64,000 nt of DNA from an uncultured Thiomicrospira sp. GTDB lineage: Bacteria; Pseudomonadota; Gammaproteobacteria; CAKMZV01. Positions 59,545-64,000 of this stretch are shown in pieces. Location: NCBI GenBank assembly GCA_965195345.1, contig OZ239628.1, positions 608,001 to 672,000 of the forward strand, in the 5' to 3' direction. Both the position numbers and the translations under genes were made by a program. A model generated the notes under the pieces. The model saw only the letters and a list, made by a program, of their open reading frames with translations. It did not search any database and had not been told where the DNA came from. Every line of letters begins with the position of its first letter. The stretch's first letter is position 1.

Positions 59545-60488
59545 TGTATTTTTATTTCATAAAAATCATGAACGTATGCTCGAGCACCAAAACCTTCTTT
59601 CTGACTAATTAAACCAGTATTTAAGTAACGTCCTTCTTGCTCGTTTGAAATGCCAAAATCAAAATAGTCTTTTTCTTTATACTCTTTTTTCAGAAGATGA
59701 TCAAATAATAAATCTAATGCACCTAAATCACGTCCTTCAAGGCTACTAGCTATATATTGCGCATGTGCAACCTCATCGGTTTCATAGATAACAATACCCG
59801 CAAGTACTTTTCCACCATCTTGTGAGTGTGTAGTAAAACATTTTATGTTTTTTGGGAATTTTGATTTTAGAGTTTCTATTTCACAAAGACTGTGTACAGG
59901 TTTTATGCCATGTTGCTCCTGTAAAACGTCTATTAATAAAGTCCAAAAGCTTGTCAAATCATCACTTTGTTGGACGATTATTTTTTCTTTTAATGCTTTT
60001 TGAATTTTTCTTTTTCGTAGTTTTTTATACGTCAGAGGAACTGTTTGCTTAATCGTAGTGCTGACATCTCTCCTGAATAATACAGCATTTAATAGAAACA
60101 GAGCATACAAATCTTCTTGAGCAGGATAGCGTGTGTAAAAATCAGGCAATCTCTTATAGACAAATTTTTTAATGCCACCCTTTCTTAAGAATTCAATAAG
60201 GTTAAGAAAAATTTGATGTACTAAGTCCGTTGTCGTTTCATTTGAAACAACTAATCCACCAAAAGTTAATCCTTGGTGGCTATGCACCACATTGTCAGTT
60301 ATATTTGCAGGCAAAATGGCAATTAATGTGTTTTTTTGGTCATAGAACATTAACGAAAAGTCTTCAAATCGGTCACTATGGTATTCGATATAATCACGAT
60401 TGAACATAAAGTGACCGTTTCTTGCCTCCTGTACAAAAAAATTCCAGTCTTGAAAATTAATTTTTGAATATTTATGTATATTTATCAT
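59541..60488 (-). CDS. GNAT / FemAB-like acyltransferase
   Basis: [44 protein letters not shown] pattern. Confidence 0.7.
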   Translation of the reverse strand: MINIHKYSKINFQDWNFFVQEARNGHFMFNRDYIEYHSDRFEDFSLMFYDQKNTLIAILPANITDNVVHSHQGLTFGGLVVSNETTTDLVHQIFLNLIEFLRKGGIKKFVYKRLPDFYTRYPAQEDLYALFLLNAVLFRRDVSTTIKQTVPLTYKKLRKRKIQKALKEKIIVQQSDDLTSFWTLLIDVLQEQHGIKPVHSLCEIETLKSKFPKNIKCFTTHSQDGGKVLAGIVIYETDEVAHAQYIASSLEGRDLGALDLLFDHLLKKEYKEKDYFDFGISNEQEGRYLNTGLISQKEGFGARAYVHDFYEIKIQ

Positions 60489-60492
60489 ATTG

Positions 60493-61410
60493 TCAAACTA
60501 ATTCCGCATATCCGAAACCTGTTTCACCATTATTATTCCCGTTATAAAACATAAATGTTTTACCATTAACCTCAATAATGGACGGGTAGCAAATCATTTC
60601 TGAATCCCAGCCAGTTTCTGATACATCAAATGGCTCTGAAAAATCTCTATCCCACGAATAGCCATCATCAGAAACTGCATAATTAATTCGATACATTTTG
60701 TCTTTATATCTGGTAGAAAAATACATGTGGTATTTTCCGTTCCTTTTAAAAACCCATGGTCTGGCCACAGCAAACTCGCCCATATCTTCTCTTGGTTCAA
60801 GGCAACAGATATTATTTTTCATATCCCAAGATAAACCATCTGTGGATTCCGCATAACCAATATGATAATCCATGAAATACTTGCCTTCAACTTTTATCCA
60901 TTTGGTCGAATACCAGTGCCACATTTTATAAACGCCATTCTCAAAAATAACACAGGGAGCTCCTTGAGAAACAGCCCGTCCTTTGATTCTTGGCAAAATT
61001 GGAGCATCACCGTATCTTTGAAATTCCCCTAAATCTTTGCTAATGGCCAGTCCTGCAAACAACATATAAGGTGTTCGAAATGTTCTCTGAAATCCTACTG
61101 TGTAGAGATAATAAGAGTTTTTCATTTTAACTATGCAAGAAGGGACAACTCCACAGTCATCAAAAAGGCCTGCTTTTCCAATATCCAGAACAAACTTGTC
61201 ATATTCAGACCTAATATGTTTTGGATTATTAGCATCCACATCAATGTATGAGATTCTTCCAAAATTATCATTATCAGTGGTGCCAAAAAAAATTCGGATT
61301 ATCTGTTGTTGCTCAATAAAAATAGGTGTAGGTAAAATTGCATATTTTTGATTCCAAAACTTAGTCTTCGAAGGGGCATATATAAGTCCTTTTTTCTTCC
61401 ATTTCATCAT
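60493..61410 (-). CDS. Beta-propeller glycoside-hydrolase-like protein of unknown function
   Basis: Repeated blades (YKMWHW, YAESTDGLSW, YAVSDDGYSW, WDSEMICYP, MFYNGN). Confidence 0.65.
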   Translation of the reverse strand: MMKWKKKGLIYAPSKTKFWNQKYAILPTPIFIEQQQIIRIFFGTTDNDNFGRISYIDVDANNPKHIRSEYDKFVLDIGKAGLFDDCGVVPSCIVKMKNSYYLYTVGFQRTFRTPYMLFAGLAISKDLGEFQRYGDAPILPRIKGRAVSQGAPCVIFENGVYKMWHWYSTKWIKVEGKYFMDYHIGYAESTDGLSWDMKNNICCLEPREDMGEFAVARPWVFKRNGKYHMYFSTRYKDKMYRINYAVSDDGYSWDRDFSEPFDVSETGWDSEMICYPSIIEVNGKTFMFYNGNNNGETGFGYAELV

Positions 61411-62084
61411 TTTTTAATCCTGAATAATTTATGGGTGTCAACTCTTGATAAGTCGGTCTGTTTTTCTTGGAAAAAGCTTTTTTCTTCAGTATTTTTTTGA
61501 ATCAAAGCGTGTGCGCCTATAAAATTATCTTGGGCAATTTGGACTTGATCTTCTACTGTGCAATTTACGCCCAAAAAACATGATTTTCCTATGACACAAA
61601 AGCCTGAGATCACGCAATGGGAAGAAATGAAGCAGTGATCTTCAATGATACTGCGGTGACCTACATGGTTGCCGCTCCAGAGCACTACGTTATTCCTGAT
61701 TTTAACAAAAGGTTGTATAGTATTGTCTTCAAGAATAAAGCAGTTTTCCCCTATTTCAACATTATTCCATATGAATGCTCGTGAGCTGATGTATGTTGCA
61801 AACGAATACCCGCTTTCCTTCAGCTGAAGATAAAGATGAGTTCTGTTGCGATTCAACTTGCCTGAGCTTATCGCAACAAATAAGATAAAATCTTTGGGAG
61901 GAAAATGCTTTTCTATTTCTTCAATTGGGACCACAGGAAGAGTAAGTAAAGAGTCCTCAATTATGTGGGAACGATTAACTGTGAAAGCAACGACCTCATA
62001 GTTGGAATCATGCGTAAAGTACTCATAGGCCAACAACGCGGTTTCTCCAGTGCCTACAATGATGAGTTTTTTATTTTTTCCCAT
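61407..62084 (-). CDS. Hexapeptide-repeat acetyltransferase (NeuD/PglD-like)
   Basis: N-terminal Rossmann-like LIIVGTG; IGENCFI, GNHVGH left-handed beta-helix repeats. Confidence 0.85.
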   Translation of the reverse strand: MGKNKKLIIVGTGETALLAYEYFTHDSNYEVVAFTVNRSHIIEDSLLTLPVVPIEEIEKHFPPKDFILFVAISSGKLNRNRTHLYLQLKESGYSFATYISSRAFIWNNVEIGENCFILEDNTIQPFVKIRNNVVLWSGNHVGHRSIIEDHCFISSHCVISGFCVIGKSCFLGVNCTVEDQVQIAQDNFIGAHALIQKNTEEKSFFQEKQTDLSRVDTHKLFRIKK

Positions 62085-62489
62085 TTAAACAATTCCTTTT
62101 ATTTTTAAAAAATCTCGATAATTACGAACATAATCAGACTCATCATAATATTCGCTTGCCAAAGTAAGTAGAATACAGTTTTTTGATAAATCATGCATTT
62201 CATGCCATATTAAATCTTCAATCAATAAACCAGTGGCAGGGTCATTTAAAACAATTTCTTCTCTATGTGTGGCATCATCCAACACAATTCGACAGCTCCC
62301 TGAAATACAAATAATGACTTGTTTTGTTTTCTTGTGGGCATGAAATCCTCTTGGTAGATCAGGAGTTGTATTATAAATATAATAGATTCTTTTGATTTCA
62401 AAGGGAATGTTTTTTGAACTTTCTAATGCAATTAGAGACCCTCTGTCATCTCCTCTGTTATCAAAATAATATTTTTTCACTATGCTCAT
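62085..62489 (-). CDS. fdtA: dTDP-4-keto-6-deoxyglucose 3,4-ketoisomerase (FdtA/QdtA cupin)
   Basis: [34 protein letters not shown]. Confidence 0.88.
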   Translation of the reverse strand: MSIVKKYYFDNRGDDRGSLIALESSKNIPFEIKRIYYIYNTTPDLPRGFHAHKKTKQVIICISGSCRIVLDDATHREEIVLNDPATGLLIEDLIWHEMHDLSKNCILLTLASEYYDESDYVRNYRDFLKIKGIV

Positions 62490-63358
62490 AAATTTTCTTT
62501 GATTAGGCTTTCTAAATACTTCCCATAACTACTTTTTGTTAAAGTGCTCGCTGTCTGTAGGACTTGCTTGTCCGTTATCCAGCCATTACGCCACGCAATT
62601 TCTTCTAAACAGGCTATTTTATAGCCTTGACGTTTTTCAATAGTTTCAACAAACATAGATGCTTCCAGCAAGGATTCATGAGTGCCAGTGTCTAGCCAAG
62701 CAAATCCTCGACCTAATATTTCTACATCCATGTTTCCTTTTGCCAAATACGCCTGATTAATGGAGGTAATCTCCAACTCTCCTCTGCTTGAGGGCTCCAC
62801 TTGCTTTGCTAAACGAATAACTTCATTACCATAGAAATAGAGGCCTGTTATTGCAAAGTGCGATTTTGGAGAAGAAGGTTTCTCTTCAATCGAGAGGGCT
62901 TTTTTATTTTTATCAAATTCCACAATACCAAAATGCTTAGGTTCTTTAACTTGATAAGCAAATACGGTTGCTCTACTTGGCTTATTAGCTGCATTCTGCA
63001 ATTTATCCGTGAACCCTTGTCCCCAGAAAACATTATCACCAAGTATCAAACACACACTATCTTGACCAATAAATTCTTCACCTATTATGAATGCTTGTGC
63101 TAGTCCATCGGGGCTTGGTTGTATGGCGTAGGATAGTTGAACACCAAACTCCGAACCGTTTCCCAGCACACTCTTAAAACTTTCCTGAGCTTCTGGTGTG
63201 GTGATAATTAGAATGTCACGAATACCTGCCAGCATCAGTACGGACAGAGGATAATATATCATGGGTTTGTCGTAAATGGGAACGAGTTGCTTAGATACTC
63301 CTTTGGTTATCGGATAGAGCCTTGAACCCGTCCCTCCTGCTAAAACGATGCCTTTCAT
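62486..63358 (-). CDS. rmlA: Glucose-1-phosphate thymidylyltransferase
   Basis: [39 protein letters not shown]. Confidence 0.97.
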   Translation of the reverse strand: MKGIVLAGGTGSRLYPITKGVSKQLVPIYDKPMIYYPLSVLMLAGIRDILIITTPEAQESFKSVLGNGSEFGVQLSYAIQPSPDGLAQAFIIGEEFIGQDSVCLILGDNVFWGQGFTDKLQNAANKPSRATVFAYQVKEPKHFGIVEFDKNKKALSIEEKPSSPKSHFAITGLYFYGNEVIRLAKQVEPSSRGELEITSINQAYLAKGNMDVEILGRGFAWLDTGTHESLLEASMFVETIEKRQGYKIACLEEIAWRNGWITDKQVLQTASTLTKSSYGKYLESLIKENL

Positions 63359-63360
63359 TT

Positions 63361-64000
63361 TTAAGATGTCCTTCTTTTCTGTAACTGATTACGGATTGAA
63401 ACTTGGTTACACCAATTGATGTTATCAAGATACCAGAGTATGGTTTTTTCGATGCCTGACTCAAATGTCTCTTGTGGTTGCCAACCCAATTCATTTTTAA
63501 TCTTATTAGCATCTATAGCATAGCGCATGTCGTGTCCTGGACGATCCTTAACAAAAGTTATCTTTTGCATGTAAGAACCTTCTTTTGAGGGTTTTAGGGT
63601 ATCCAGTTTAGCACAAATAGTTTCAACGACTTCTATGTTTCGTTTTTCATTATGCCCGCCGATATTATAATCCTCTCCAATTTTTCCACGATCCAATACT
63701 AACTTCAACGCATTTGCGTGGTCTTCAACATACAGCCAATCACGAATTTGATTTCCTTTTCCATATACAGGAAGACATTCACCTTTGAGAGCATTTAGTA
63801 TGGTCAATGGAATAAGTTTTTCTGGGAATTGATACGGGCCATAATTATTAGAGCAATTTGTTATTATTATTGGCAGCCCATACGTACGATGCCATGCACG
63901 AACTAAGTGATCAGAGCTGGCTTTAGATGCAGAATATGGAGAACTGGGAGCATAGGGAGATTGTTCAGTAAATAGAGGAAGAAGTTTTCCTTTTTTTTGT
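63361..64000 (-). CDS. rmlB: dTDP-glucose 4,6-dehydratase, C-terminal part (starts beyond window)
   Basis: [16 protein letters not shown] (YxxxK), [33 protein letters not shown]. Confidence 0.95.
   Translation of the reverse strand, partial: QKKGKLLPLFTEQSPYAPSSPYSASKASSDHLVRAWHRTYGLPIIITNCSNNYGPYQFPEKLIPLTILNALKGECLPVYGKGNQIRDWLYVEDHANALKLVLDRGKIGEDYNIGGHNEKRNIEVVETICAKLDTLKPSKEGSYMQKITFVKDRPGHDMRYAIDANKIKNELGWQPQETFESGIEKTILWYLDNINWCNQVSIRNQLQKRRTS

Noticed and set aside
121-63512. Many 60-170 aa antisense or alternate-frame ORFs (e.g. 3554-4063, 1958-2374, 12436-12864, 48138-48488)
   Set aside because: They lie within confident genes, have no recognisable motifs, and are expected shadow ORFs
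1-64000. CRISPR arrays, tRNA/rRNA genes, IS elements, integrases, prophage or defence genes
   Set aside because: No spaced direct repeats, cloverleafs or transposase/integrase motifs seen by eye; intergenic gaps are all under about 450 bp. A small ncRNA could still have been missed without a covariance search

Overview
A gene-dense, AT-rich (roughly 35-40% GC by eye) chromosomal window of a proteobacterium, most consistent with a divergent gammaproteobacterium that has some beta-like traits (System II cytochrome c biogenesis, lipoyl-bearing PDH E3). It holds about 50 mostly housekeeping CDSs: sucAB-lpd-sucCD, prpBCD, aceEF-lpdA, a rearranged and truncated dcw cluster, resB-ccsA-dsbA, hfq-hflX, recB-uvrC and the end of an amino-sugar/O-antigen cluster. 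I saw no rRNA, tRNA, CRISPR array, prophage or IS element. Most interesting signals: (1) both dihydrolipoamide dehydrogenases lack the NAD-selecting glutamate and carry basic residues instead; the PDH E3 reads V-R, as in NADPH-type disulfide reductases, suggesting natural NADP-linked pyruvate and 2-oxoglutarate dehydrogenase complexes; (2) a divergent FtsZ with a long acidic N-terminal extension and no canonical C-terminal peptide sits between rsmH and ftsL; (3) an orphan lipid-anchored, Ig-fused MauG-like diheme protein lacks MauG's signature Tyr, Trp and Met residues; (4) many unit-leading genes have a -10 box only 6-10 nt before ATG with no SD, suggesting leaderless mRNAs, in a genome whose canonical operons are fragmented. 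Reference-protein comparisons are recalled from memory and need verification by alignment.
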